This document shows positions 50,430 to 62,371 of a DNA stretch of 64,000 nucleotides, piece after piece. Positions within the stretch are counted from its first letter, which is position 1, and each line of letters begins with the position of its first letter. The translations under genes were made by a program, and so were the position numbers. Source of the stretch: Camelus dromedarius (lineage: Eukaryota); assembly GCF_036321535.1 (NCBI RefSeq), contig NC_087438.1, forward strand, positions 3,040,001 through 3,104,000, written 5' to 3'. The notes beneath the pieces are model-generated. The model worked only from the letters and a program-made list of their open reading frames with translations, did no database searches and was not told where the DNA came from.

Positions 50430-53400
50430 TAATGCCCAGAACAACCTTAGCAGGCAGTCACTATCACTTCCATTTCACAAAGGAACACACCACGCTCTGC
50501 TGGTACTTACGGCTTATTTTATATTTTGTTTCTCAGGCACAATTCTGAAAACTGGATGACACTGATAGCGGTTGCATTTTTTTTTTCTAAGAGAAACATG
50601 TCAGGAACTTAACTCTAGAACTTCAAGTGTACCTGCGTGAAAACAAAAAGTTAAGGTAACCATCCAATGGGCTGATTTGCAGTTCAAGCGGGGAACAATT
50701 TAGCAGTATCTGTGAGTAGCACTGAGTAGGGCCTGAAGAACACTCACTCAGAAATACAAACACACTCATCTGTATTTAGTTTATCCTTTCGGTCGACGTG
50801 TATTTGCTGGACACCTAATGATACTTATGTTTGTTGTCGCTGGTGCCAAACGCTGGGCCACAAACTAGAGAAAGAGGTAAATGCGACCTTCCGTCAAGGG
50901 TCTTGGATTCGTGGAGACAAGGAAGGAAAAACACGCAATGGAGTTTTAGACGTACCTGCAGGAAATCCGTGTGGGGTGCGGAGTAACACGAAATGGGGAA
51001 AAGTCTGTTCCGGCTGAAGTCCAAGGGTGTCTCAGGCACGCCTGGGATGACTGGCTGACCCAGCCCCTCTCCGCAGGGAGGCCCCTCTCTCAGCAGACAG
51101 CAGCTACCTGCCTCGTCAGTTCCTGCAGAAGAAGGTGTTCTGCAAACTGCTAGCAACCTGCTGTGGGGCTCTAACCGAAACACAGCCTCTTAGAACATTT
51201 TCTTCCAGGCTGAGGAAGTTCTAGATTTTAAAAATGAATGCTCACGATGCCATTCAACTGAACAAGTCAGCAATTTTTTTTTCTTCCATTTAAACTGGAA
51301 ATGGATTTCATATGTCTTTGTACGTATTGAATCTGCCATACACTAGAACAGTCTTTTCAATGAGTCTTTCAAATTCTCCTGCGGAATGGTTCTCACCACC
51401 CCTCCCCCCTTAGCCCCTGCATGCTGGTGGGACCCTCCCAGCTCCACCAGCCCATCAGCTGTAATTTCTCTTTCTGGATTCTTCCATTTTGTCCATTGTG
51501 GAAAATGTCAAGCAAGAATCAGACAGTGCAACCATCACATGTAAAATAATCTACCAGCTACAAGTTGAACATTTTGGATTATAAATTTCTTGGGAATGTT
51601 GGCTCCATTCTAAATATACAGCTGGATATGGTTCGTAGCTCAAGTTCAGCAGTAGCTTCAAGTTGTGGACAAATATCCAAAAAGGAGTTCTGACCCACAG
51701 GTCAAGCGTTTTCTCCGTTTTCCCCTTCACGTTGTTTCAGGTTATTTGTAGGGAAAGAGCTGAGTAAGCTGAGAATCCTTATAAATGTTTAATTATAGTT
51801 TCACAAAGCCTCGGAAGAGATATAGCATTTCCAATGCCACGTTTACCTGAAGTGGGAATTCAGTTCCTTAGGCGAATGTAAGTCATGTCAGATTATGACT
51901 TAAGAAAAAAATACTGAACGTTTAAAGGTGCAACTACTTTTAGCTACTAACTCTATGCAGAACTCTGGCTAATCCTAAAGAAAACTTTCATAGAACCCAC
52001 CCCCCCCCGACCCGGATTCTATGCACGTGATCTGAGATATTAGCACGTTCTGTTGTGACCAGCCCTCAGGACGATCTCTGCCTTCACTTCACGTTAAAGG
52101 AAGACATCACAGCACATCACAGCGCTTTTCTCAGAAGACATCAGGGTCGCTGCCGAGATGTGCAAAATAACCAATTCCCCTCAAACTATGGAGCAGTACC
52201 AGTGCACATACAGACAGCTAAGTGGAAACTTCCATCACTCCTCTTTGGTGACGTCAGCGAAGGCATGGTTTGCAATCAAATGTGGTTCCCAGGAGGGAGA
52301 AGGTGACGTGGGACTCTATGAACATTGCCAGGTATAAAACCAGTGCCCATGATGTCCCTGTGCTGTAAAGAGCTCAAGATTCAACAAAATTAAACAAAAT
52401 CTTGCCGAAAGATATGTAAAATGATTGGAATATTGTGCCGATGTAATACGAAATGGGGTGCTTCCATCCTGAATACCAAGAAGAAAAATGCTTTTCATAT
52501 TTTAAAAACACAGAAGACAATGCCAGAGCCTAAGCAAAGGCTTCTAATCCATCAAGTTACATAGTATGACACAGTCTCCCTTGTGAGGGCAGAGGTGTAG
52601 ATTAGTATTTCCATGAATATGCTAGTTTTCAAAGGTTTGGCAGAGCTTTTAGTATATTTAATTTGCAATTATTGTTCAAAGTTGGTGTGATTGGGTGATA
52701 GAAGTCTTCAAAATACCTTATTCTTTCAACAAAGCTGTGTGGTTCTCTCCCCACAATTTTTTGGCAGTGACAATGTTTTAAATATAATATACAAATCATA
52801 TGTATTATATATACCATATAATATATATGTATTATATGTATATACTGTGAAGGCATTTGCTTTATGGGTCTATGGAATATGAAACCAACCAATTAGCATC
52901 AATAATACAGAAAAACATAAGAAATGAAAAGTTTGGTTCCCACTTTTTTTCCAGAAATCCAGACTTCTTATGGTGTTTCAGTCTTATTGGAAATTAAGGA
53001 TGCAATTTCTTTTTACAAAATTCATTTTAAAATGTCTTTCTTTCTTAAATGTCTTTATTCTAGAAGAAAATGTCCCTTCTGTGTTCTTCCAGAGACAAGC
53101 AGAAGGATTACAACTGCATCTCCTGTATCTGCAGGGAAGCTCACTTTTGGCTCAGGTGCCTTCCAGGGCTGCAGAGAACACACAGTTTCCATCCCAGATA
53201 CCTACAGCTCCACCGGAATATATAAATATGCAAATACAAACGTAACCATCTGTGCTTTCTGCAGAGGTGCGAGACCTTCAAAACAGAAAGTGGTCTGGAA
53301 GCGGTGTCTTGATTAGGATCATGATACAGGGTCCTTCTCAGCCCTGCACGAGGGGGCTGTACAGAGAGTCAGCTTCCAACATGCAGCTTTACGTTACAAT

Positions 53401-54520
53401 AACCTATGCCATTAAGGTTTAAAATACTGAATTAGACCGTTGTATAGTTTTATACTCTATCATCTTTGATGTTGCAATTTTTAATTGTTCAAATTTCACA
53501 TTTTTTAGACACCAGCTTTCCCTATTAGTTTCTTTTTACAAGAAAAAAAATTAAAGCTTCTTTTATCTCTAAAAATACCTTGTTTCAAAACTAATATGCT
53601 CAATGTAGAGAAAAACTCAGGAGATAACAATGTAAAAGAAAACATATGATGCAGTGAAATATCCCCCAAGTGACCTTTCGGTTAGAAGTACACTTTCAGA
53701 ATTAGAGGATTTATTCTATTTTAACTCGAAAAAATATATTTTGCCTTCACTTTTATGTCATGAAATAAATAAGCACGTGGCATTTTGGCTCTGTTTTCAT
53801 AAAACCCGTAGACGGCATTAATCGCAACCACTACCTACATCTGTGCTCATCTGTTAAAAATACCTGTTTAAAAGTCACTTACGCCGGTACCCACAGTGAG
53901 TCATAACATGTGACCAGAAGAACCAACACAAAGACTGTAAAGTGCGTTTCTGAGTATTTTCTCTGTTCATGATTTCTGCTTTCTTTCACTAGTTAGTGAG
54001 GTTATTTGGAGAATTTACATTCAGGAAACTTTTCCAACCTGTTTTTAAATCGTTGGTTTAAAAATGGAGGGGCAAAGCACAGTATGAATATAAATTATTT
54101 GTCAACATCTGGTGACAGAGGGCGTGGCCGGCAGAACTGAAAGTCTGCACAAAGAGCAGGCATTGTCCGTGGTGATGAAGTCCTCACATCCAGGTCCCAC
54201 GGTGGCGGCGAGAAGTTGCTCGTCTGCTCCGGGGTTACAGCACTTGGTAAAGCCGGGGACAGCTGCACCGATTGTACACAATTAGTCAAGGTCACACACT
54301 GCAAATGGAGGACATTCACCATTTGTCAGGGGAACAATGGGCAGGACCGGAGCCTCCTCCACCGGGCATGACGGAAGGAGGGGCCGCGGAAGCCGAGCTG
54401 ACAGGCCTGCCCCTGTTTGTGCTTGCTGGAAGGGGGCAGCCGCTCAGGAGGACTCGAATGCTAGCAGTAGCCAGGCTGACCGATGTCACCAAGCACAATC
54501 TTGTTTTAATCTTGTTTTAA
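50430..54520 (-). other. Probable ~4 kb 3' UTR of a minus-strand gene (3' boundary uncertain)
   Basis: Almost repeat-free and U-rich on the minus strand, directly downstream of the stop at 54521-54523. Candidate minus-strand polyA signals: AATAAA (53710-53715, 53054-53059), TATAAA (50518-50523, with GU-rich sequence downstream) and ATTAAA (50428-50433). Confidence 0.45.
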
Positions 54521-54565
54521 CTACCAGAAGCATATGTTCCTTGACACAGCGTCATGCTGGCGACA
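54521..54565 (-). CDS. Putative coding part of a terminal exon, (CRQ)HDAVSRNICFW*; gene unidentified, phase uncertain
   Basis: Strong minus-strand polypyrimidine tract (54570-54605) followed by two in-frame AG acceptors (54567-54566, 54558-54557). All three frames stop within 16 codons, and UTR-like sequence follows. Confidence 0.4.
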   Translation of the reverse strand, partial: CRQHDAVSRNICFW

Positions 54566-56447
54566 CTCGAAGGAAACAGTAAAAAAAGAAACAAGAGAAG
54601 GAATGCATTTTCCGTACGTGCTTCGGATTTCACATTTCCTTCCCCCAACGGTATAATCTTTCAAGTTACCAACTGATGCGATGTAATCCTTTAAATAAAG
54701 GGGTCATTACTTTCAAATGAACAGCGGAGCTTGGAATGAGGACAGACAGGTCGCAGAACGAGATGCTGTTGTCTTCATGGCTGCTTAGAACAGCGCTTTA
54801 TTTTCAAGAGGCGAAATTAAATATGGATTTAAATGATCTACTAAAATAAGTAAAAACAAGGGCAGATGTTCAGTGCTGGTAGATCCTTCAGATCCACTGC
54901 GGAATTCCATTCTACCCAGCAGGCAAGTCTATAGTGCGGTTTTTGAAAGCTAAACTGTCTGCACTAGTTTTAAGGAAAAGAGAATAAGGACCTTAGTGTT
55001 CCAGTTGAGATCCACAAAAGTTTGAGATGCTAACGTGCAAAATGCCTGCACCGTGTCCAGTGGGAAGGAAGGCTGTCCGTTACCTTCCTGTCTGTCTCCT
55101 GTGCTGCTCTTTCCAGGGCGGGGGAGGCTGCTTTAGCCCAAGGAGAGCCAGCCTGGAGTGGGCACCCCCAAAGTACACAGCAGGTCCAGGGGGCACCTCT
55201 TTTCTTCCTTCCCCAAAGCAGCCCTGTGGGAGTGAAAGAGGGGAGGGACAGAGGACGGGGCTGGCGTAAAGGGACTGACCACGGGGACTGTGTGCCGCCC
55301 TGGTTTCTCGTTAGCTCTCTCCCCCATCGCAGTTTCCAGGTGGCATTCTTTCTTTGGACCCTGGACCCTCATTAGTGTCTCATTAGAGTGTCTTCCCGCA
55401 TGTTGGATTTATTTCAGTCTGTGCGCTTTGCAACACAATTTCTACCTGCTACAGGAGGGAAAAAATAAGTCAAAGAATTACTTTAAAACTGAGAAAAATT
55501 TAGTCGCACACACACACGCACACACACACACAGCACAGGCACACAAAAATCTGCTAGAAATTTCAAAGCACTTTGCATTTGTAGAAGGTACCAGAAGACT
55601 AAGATGGTTTATGACCTTTCAATTATCTATCCTTATAATAGGAATTCATGGCCATATTGTGTACAAAGCAATACAATTCTAATTGGCCTTTTATCACACT
55701 TTCATTTTCAAATGAACAAATCTGAATAAGAAGAAACTCCACTACAAAGTCATCCCCCATTACTGCTAGCCGGGTGAGTGAATTGCACACTGCTCAGAAG
55801 TCGGGAAGTTTCCACACGAAGAACGGAACACGGATGCACTCCGGTATGCAGCGCACACAGACACAGGCGCACAGACAAGGAGACGCCCGCAGAGCGTGGA
55901 CCCCCTCATCCCGCATCCCAGCTGGGGAACGATGACCAGCTTCTCTGGCAAAGCCCTCACCTCCACGTAAAAAGAAAAAGAGGCAAGTGTCATCTCCGGT
56001 ATCAGGACTGTTCCTGCCACGCTCTTTACATCTTCAAGAGTGTCTCCCGTGTCCTCTGAAGGAAATGACGGAATCTGCTGTGTAATTTAGGCCGCCACCC
56101 AACACAGTCTTGCAAACTTCACTCTCTGAAGTTAACAAAGATAATGACCTGCTAACTTCTTTATTTCTCTATGGCGCAATTTATCTTTGAGCAGAAGGAA
56201 CGACCAGTTTTATGTAAGCATGGCTAACAGTGCTCTTTGCATTCTCTCTGGAAAAGCTAATAAGCAATTAAAAATGAAATCTGCTCTTAAGCGGAGGCGT
56301 CACCCACAGTGTCCCCCCTACGTACATGTTCTCTGAATTTAGAGGACGAACTTCCCTGCTCCCGCCCAACAGAACGGCATCCGCGGCGGACCCTTTAAGG
56401 CAGCTTTGGAGACAAATCCTAGCAAGAAAGTCCGCTGGGCAGCCTTG

Positions 56448-56476
56448 CCGTCACCGTCACCGTCACCGTCACCGTC
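56448..56476 (+). repeat. (CCGTCA)~5 hexamer tandem repeat
   Basis: Read directly: CCGTCA x4 plus CCGTC. Confidence 0.95.
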
Positions 56477-57322
56477 GCTGCCACCACGAGCTACCTGCCA
56501 GGAGCGTGCCCGGTAGTTCAGGCCGCGGACGGGACCCGAAAGACGCCGGCTTCCTGTTGTTTCAGTTTCATCTGCAAGTGGAACAGCCACCACCAACGTG
56601 AGGCTATGATTCAGCACGTTTATTACAAAGTCATCACGTCGAGTTATTTTCATTTCAGCCGCTGACACCTTCGGTTAACACGTCTCTGCAGAGTTAAAAG
56701 CAGTCCTGTGTTTACTTCTGATCTTAAATGTGACCAAAATTGACTGAACTAGTATGATGACATTGCATTTGTCATCAAGCATTCAGCGTTTAAGCCTCAG
56801 CCTTTGATAAATGAAGGGTGGTTTCAGGGCCAGAAACGCTTCAGACTGAACTGATTTAACCCTAAGGAGGCAACGGTGCACACGCAGCCTATGGGCAATC
56901 TCCCACTTCCCAGGGGATGGAAGAAATCACCTTCACAAGGGCGTTTACTCTGAATGGAGGGTAGAAAAAGCACATTTCTACTGAAAACCGAAATAACTTG
57001 TGTCCAAATACAGTCTATTTTTTGCCTTTAACTTTCTTGAGTTTAGAAAAGTAAACAGTACCTAATACATCCCTCATAAACTCACACCTCCATACTCTCT
57101 GTGGTCAACTTCAGACTTGGCTATAAAGCATCATCAAATAACACAAAGTGCATTAACTAAATAACTCTGGAAAAGGAATATACTGTGCTTTTCTCTTGTT
57201 TCAAAATGTAAAAGTAGCTTAAAATTACCCACCCCGCTTCCTTCAGATACTATGATGTTTCGTAGTCGCCCCAGAAGAAGCAAGTGGTCATAGGAGAATT
57301 GTTTTTGTTTCTGAATTAAAGC

Positions 57323-57446
57323 AATGAGTATATGCATGTTCATGTATAACCAAGAAATTCTGCTCTACACTGGAATTAGACAATATTGTAAAATGACTAT
57401 AACAATAAAAATGTAAAAAATATTAATAAAAATAAATTTTAAAAAA
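57323..57446 (+). mobile_element. Short camelid-type L1 3' tail
   Basis: ATGTTCATGTATAAC..TGCTCTACACTGGAATT..ATTGTAAAATGACTATAACAATAAAAATGT, homologous to 520-614. Confidence 0.8.
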
Positions 57447-59487
57447 TCTTGTTTTAATTTTTGAAAATAATTAACCCAATTTTCACATATTAATTGAAAA
57501 ACTGAAAATCTAGGAATCTGTAGATAAGCTGTGTGGTTTTAAAATGTCCTTTGTCTCAGAAAGTAACTGTTTTCCACTTTCACGTATCTTAACACTAATT
57601 ATCACCATCCATCCTTTTTTTAAAGACCAGATTTAAGTCGCTTCCCAGGAGGGAATTTTAATAACCACAACAGTGTACCCAGTGGGAATCCTAGTGACCT
57701 AAAATAATTCGTGCACCTCAGAAAAGGCCACAACTGTTCATCAGAGCGCGCAAAGGAAATCTCACAGACTCAGCCCCGCAGCACGGGATGGCCTCTGCAC
57801 CGGCAACAGGCCAGTATGGAATCTTCCACCTGTGGGTTTAAATTTAGCTTCCGATGTCTACATTTTTGTGCGTGTGAAGATTAGCATGGGAGAGCATCAG
57901 TAGACGAGAGCTGACCATGGCTACTTCTGTTTGCTCTACACATATTTTCTTTATGCAAATCACTAACCCACTGCTCATCGTGACTGAGGCTCCTTGGGTT
58001 TACACCCCACAAGCTGAGAAGATGCAGCCCTGATGATGCTGTGGTGAGAGAGGCCGTGTCTGGTTGGATGGTGACATGGCTTCTAAGAGCCACTGCCTAA
58101 ACGGTCATAGATGCGCAGGTCTTCACGTGTGTTTGAGGGTTTTGTGTTGCCCTCTGAAGTATACTGAGTGCATTCACTTCCTCGTTTATTAAATGTTAAT
58201 AAAGAAAAAGGGTAATCGTTAGTGTTCAGTTTCTACTGAACTTAGATAGGCAAAGAGTTTATTGTCTTCAAGAATCTGAGAACAAAGAGGGAAATGCTGA
58301 CTGTGTACAATTTTTCATGAGATTCTGATTCTGAAGGAAGATCTGATATTTTACATTCGGGAGCTCCTAAACTGTTATTGGAATTATCTCGGCATCTGAC
58401 AGTATTGAATTCCGTTTGGAAGTTTAAGCATATGCTCAGTGGGGGCTTCATACATCTAGACAATGGCATTATTAGTGGTTGGACCAAACTGTTTCTCCCC
58501 AGTTGATATTGTGTTTTCTCTTCTTTTCTCTTTTAATTCTGCAAAGACAGTCACTGTGTTTCTTTGCACCATCCTGAATTATTAACTGGGGAACTGTTTA
58601 AGTATACTTGTGCCAAATTTCTAACAGAAATGTATAAAAGATGCCCAGGAAACTAGTAAGAGGAAAAAAAACTTTTAGTAGAAATGGTAATGGGAATACT
58701 GACCCCAGGTATAAAGTTTAGCCAAGACCCCTTTTCTGAAACAGCCCTCTGGAGTGGTCCAACAGCTCCCTCTGCCCCTCCGAGGGGGAAGTATTCATCG
58801 CAGCAACCTGCCTCCGTGCCTGCGGGAACTGGGTTTTGTTTCCTTGTTCTAAAGCAGCCCCGTTAGTACAGACCGGGCAGAAACCAGCGCAGACCTCCCA
58901 TAAAAACTGCCCAGGTGAAGACTGTCACAAGTTTCTCGTCATTAGCCGGCTTGATGGCTGGCCGGAGGTGACAATTAAAGGCGGGTATTTTATGGTGTTA
59001 TTAGTGCACGGAGTCTGAAAGGTGACTCCATTTGTCATGCCTTATTAGCAAAAGCATGGGAAAATATTAAAATCACAGCGAACTCAGCCTCCCCCCAAAT
59101 TTCTGCCAAGTGATTTGACTTTCCCACGTTCCTCTTCACCCCACTGCCTTCCAGTTGGAAAGAGAGGGGCCTGGGGGAGGACTGGCCAGCCCGGGCCAGG
59201 AAGAAGCAGGCTGACTCAACGGCAGTGTTATTGCAAACCTTAATGTGCTGAGTGCCTTCTTGAATTCCCGATATTACTCCTGAGGAAACAGCTAGACTCA
59301 CGTGATCCAGTGTCTTGTAATTCCACGTCTAGCCTGAAGTGCTGGCGTGGAGACACGGTGTGGTTTTCAACCCCAAGGATGTGGATTGAGACACACACCT
59401 TGTGTGATTAAAGCTTAGGGGCTTTATCTGTGGGGAGGTGCCTGTGTTCACAAAGGACCTTGCATTTTGCTTATTTAAACAAACAGA

Positions 59488-59673
59488 ACACACACACACA
59501 CACACATACACACACACACACACACACATACATACACACATACACACATACATACACACACATACACACATACATACACACACACACATACATACACACA
59601 TACACACATACATACACACACATACACACACACACACACACACATACATACACACATACACACATACATACAT
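59488..59673 (+). repeat. Compound (CA)n/(TACA)n microsatellite
   Basis: About 185 bp of CA/TA dinucleotides read directly. Confidence 0.97.
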
Positions 59674-60221
59674 AGACCCCAAATAAATAAACTTATTTAA
59701 TTATCCTTTTTACAATTTCATGTGTCATATTTACCCAAAATAAAAAGAAATCTTATGCTAATTCATTCCACGTGATGTAATTTTGATATTCATGTCATAT
59801 TTCCTCAGGAAAAATGATGCAAAGTGGTGACCATCACTAGCTAAAACCATACTTCGCATTTGAAATCCTTCGCCCTTGATGTGTCTCGCCACTAACCCAC
59901 CTCGATGTGGTTACCTTTTACTTTGAGTCATTTTCCTGGTACAAGGGGGTATTCATTCACTCACCCATAACTTCTTTAACAGTATTGAGGACTTACTGTG
60001 GTCTGCCTGGGAGCAGTGGGTCTGAGAAGGGCCCCCTTGTCCAGCGCTTACCCAGGGGAGGAGACAGCTGGCCAAAGTTAGCACAGTATACGTAACAGAG
60101 GCACAACACGTATTACACATTATATGAATATTGCATATTATAACAGGGACACAGTCCCAGAACTGCCACTTTATTCCCCGGTGCGAGCCCGTCATGGACT
60201 TGAATAAAAACATATATTTTA

Positions 60222-60353
60222 GGGGGGAGGGTATAGCTCAGTGGTAGAGTGCGTGCTTAGCATGCACAAGGTCCTGGGTTCAATCCTCAATACTTCCCTT
60301 AAAAAATTTAAATAAATACATAAATAAATACACCAAATTGCCTCCCCCCAAAA
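60222..60353 (+). mobile_element. tRNA-Ala-derived SINE (camelid Vic-1-like)
   Basis: GGGGGGAGGGTATAGCTCAGTGGTAGAGTGCGTGCTTAGCATGCACAAGGTCCTGGGTTCAATCC (A and B boxes), then a (TAAA)n tail and CCTCCCCCC end. TSD ATATATTTTAG/ATATATTCTAG (60212-60222, 60357-60367). Confidence 0.92.
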
Positions 60354-61053
60354 GGTATATATTCTAGTGGCCTAATGTCTTTATGTGCATGTTTAAGGAG
60401 CATTAGCTTTTACATACAAGACAGAAGTATTGCTCTAAGTTAAAACATGTTCTCTCCACTAATACATTCCTCTCCTTTTCTCCTCCCTGGGCACACACAC
60501 ATCTGCACACACGCACACTCAATGCAACAGTCATTTACCACACTAAAACAGAAACAAATTATTTAGGATCCATGCAGTACTAACAAAGAAACAGCCTTGT
60601 AAAAGATATGAATTTATTAACACCGCCTCCCCTGAATGTACCTTGATAGAAAATGTAATTAAATCAGCATTTTTTTACTGCTCACTCAGCATACATTGTT
60701 CCTGGCTCTGCAAGACAGGTGCAGTGCATTGTTTATGCCTGTGAAGACAATAAACTTCCAGGCTGAAATCTTTTTTTCTAATCTACAAGGGATCTCTGTG
60801 CCCAAACCCTGGCAGACGGAGGCAGAACGTTGAACAGCTTCATCCCCTCATGGCCCAGAGATTCTCACGGTGCCCACGGCCGGCCCACTGTGCACCAGAA
60901 ACACAGGGAGCCAAGAGCTGCCGGCGAAGGGTTTTGACCAGTCACTAGTCATCCGCGGTCTAGTGTTTCACACCAGATAAATCCCACTAAGTGCGAGGCC
61001 GAAGGCCAGGTGGCCTCGTGCCCAGTCCCTCGGCCTCCCAGCCTCTGGACGCT

Positions 61054-61393
61054 TGTGCCCAGTGCCCTGTGGCTGCTGTAACAAGTGCTGTGGACGAGGT
61101 GGCCTCAGCAGCAGACGTGCATTTCTCCACGTCTAGAGCCGGGGAGACCCTGATCGAGGTGGGTTGGTGGGAGGTGAGGGCCCGCTTCCCAGCTTGCCGG
61201 CGGCTGCCTCCTCCCTCTGCTCTCACATGGCAGGCGCTCCAGGATACAAGGGCACTGCCCCGTCACGGGGCCCCGCTCTCATGACCTCAGCTGAACCTAG
61301 TCCCCTCCCAAAGGCCCCACATCCGAACGCCAGCAAACTGGGGGCTAAGGTCTCTGGGTGTGAATTTGGGGAGAAGACACTCAACCCATAATA
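61054..61393 (-). mobile_element. MLT1A/B-like solo LTR
   Basis: GGCTGCTGTAACAAG..TCTCACATGGCAG..CTCATGACCTCA..CCTCCCAAAGGCCCCAC..TGAATTTGGGGAGAAGACACTCAACCCATAATA. Confidence 0.8.
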
Positions 61394-62200
61394 AGCACTG
61401 TAACATTTTTACTCTACTACCCCTGAAGTTCACCTCTTCTAGAATCATAGGCTGTCTCAAAATCCAGTGGCTTCGTTTTGAAAGATTCTTACAAAGGGAA
61501 ATAAAATAAAATAAACCAAACCACACTGAACCAAACAAAAGGAGACCAAGCTTAGATGTCCCCATGACACCCTCCAGCCCCATGACCTCAGGGAGGCAGG
61601 GCCCTGCCAAGGGCTCGCCCAGTGACCCTTGCTGTCATTTTGTGACATCTTGGAAGAACCACAGCATCTCCTGGCCAGACCCTTTCTCCTAACCTCGTAA
61701 CTTCATGCTCCATCAGATGACCAGGAACTTCATCATTCTCCCTCTCTCTCTCTTTTTTTAAACTGCAGTAGAGTTGATTTACTACGTTGTGTTAGTTTCT
61801 GGTGTACATTACAGTGATTCATTTATGTATAGATATATATGTATTATTTTCCATTATGATTTACTGACAGGATATTGAATTTAGTTCCCTGTGTTGTACA
61901 GCAGGACTTTGTTTATCTATTGTATACGTAGTAGTGTGTGTCTGTTAATCCCAAACTCGTAATTTATCCTCCCCATCCCTTCCCCCTTTGGTAACCATAA
62001 ATTTGTTTTCTGTGTCTGTGAGTCTGCTTCTGGTGGTAAATAAGTTTATTTGTATCATTTTTGTCGATTGCACAAATAAGTGATGTCATATGATAATTGT
62101 CTTTGTCTGACTCACTTCACTTAATATGATAATCTCTGGGTCCAACCATGTTGCTGCAAATGGCAGAATTTCATCATTTTTTATGGCTGAATAGTGTTCC

Positions 62201-62202
<2 letters not shown>

Positions 62203-62242
<40 letters not shown>
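62203..62242 (+). repeat. (TG)20 microsatellite
   Basis: Perfect dinucleotide run read directly. Confidence 0.97.
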
Positions 62243-62244
<2 letters not shown>

Positions 62245-62245
<1 letters not shown>

Positions 62246-62371
62246 TTAGGCTTTTGGGGGGAGGTAATTAGGTTTGTTTGTTTGTTTATTGTTAAAGGCG
62301 GTACTGGGGATTGAACCCAGGACCTTGTGCAGGCTAAGCACGCACTGTACCACTGAGCTATACCTTCTCTC
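62245..62371 (-). mobile_element. tRNA-Ala-derived SINE (camelid Vic-1-like)
   Basis: The reverse complement reads GGGAGAGAAGGTATAGCTCAGTGGTACAGTGCGTGCTTAGCCTGCACAAGGTCCTGGGTTCAATCCCCAGTACC, with an A-rich tail and CCTAATTACCTCCCCCC end. Confidence 0.92.

Noticed and set aside
59301..59469. Possible upstream minus-strand exon ending at a GTGAGT donor (~59300)
   Set aside because: From the plausible acceptors, all frames hit stop codons before the donor. Not supportable as coding, though a non-coding exon cannot be excluded.
59329..59686. Cys/Val- and His/Thr-repeat ORFs
   Set aside because: These are translations of the CA/TA microsatellite.
60222..60296. tRNA-Ala(AGC)-like gene
   Set aside because: It has a G-rich 5' extension, a disrupted acceptor stem, an A-rich SINE tail and a TSD, so it is a SINE and not a tRNA gene. 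The same applies to 62245-62371.
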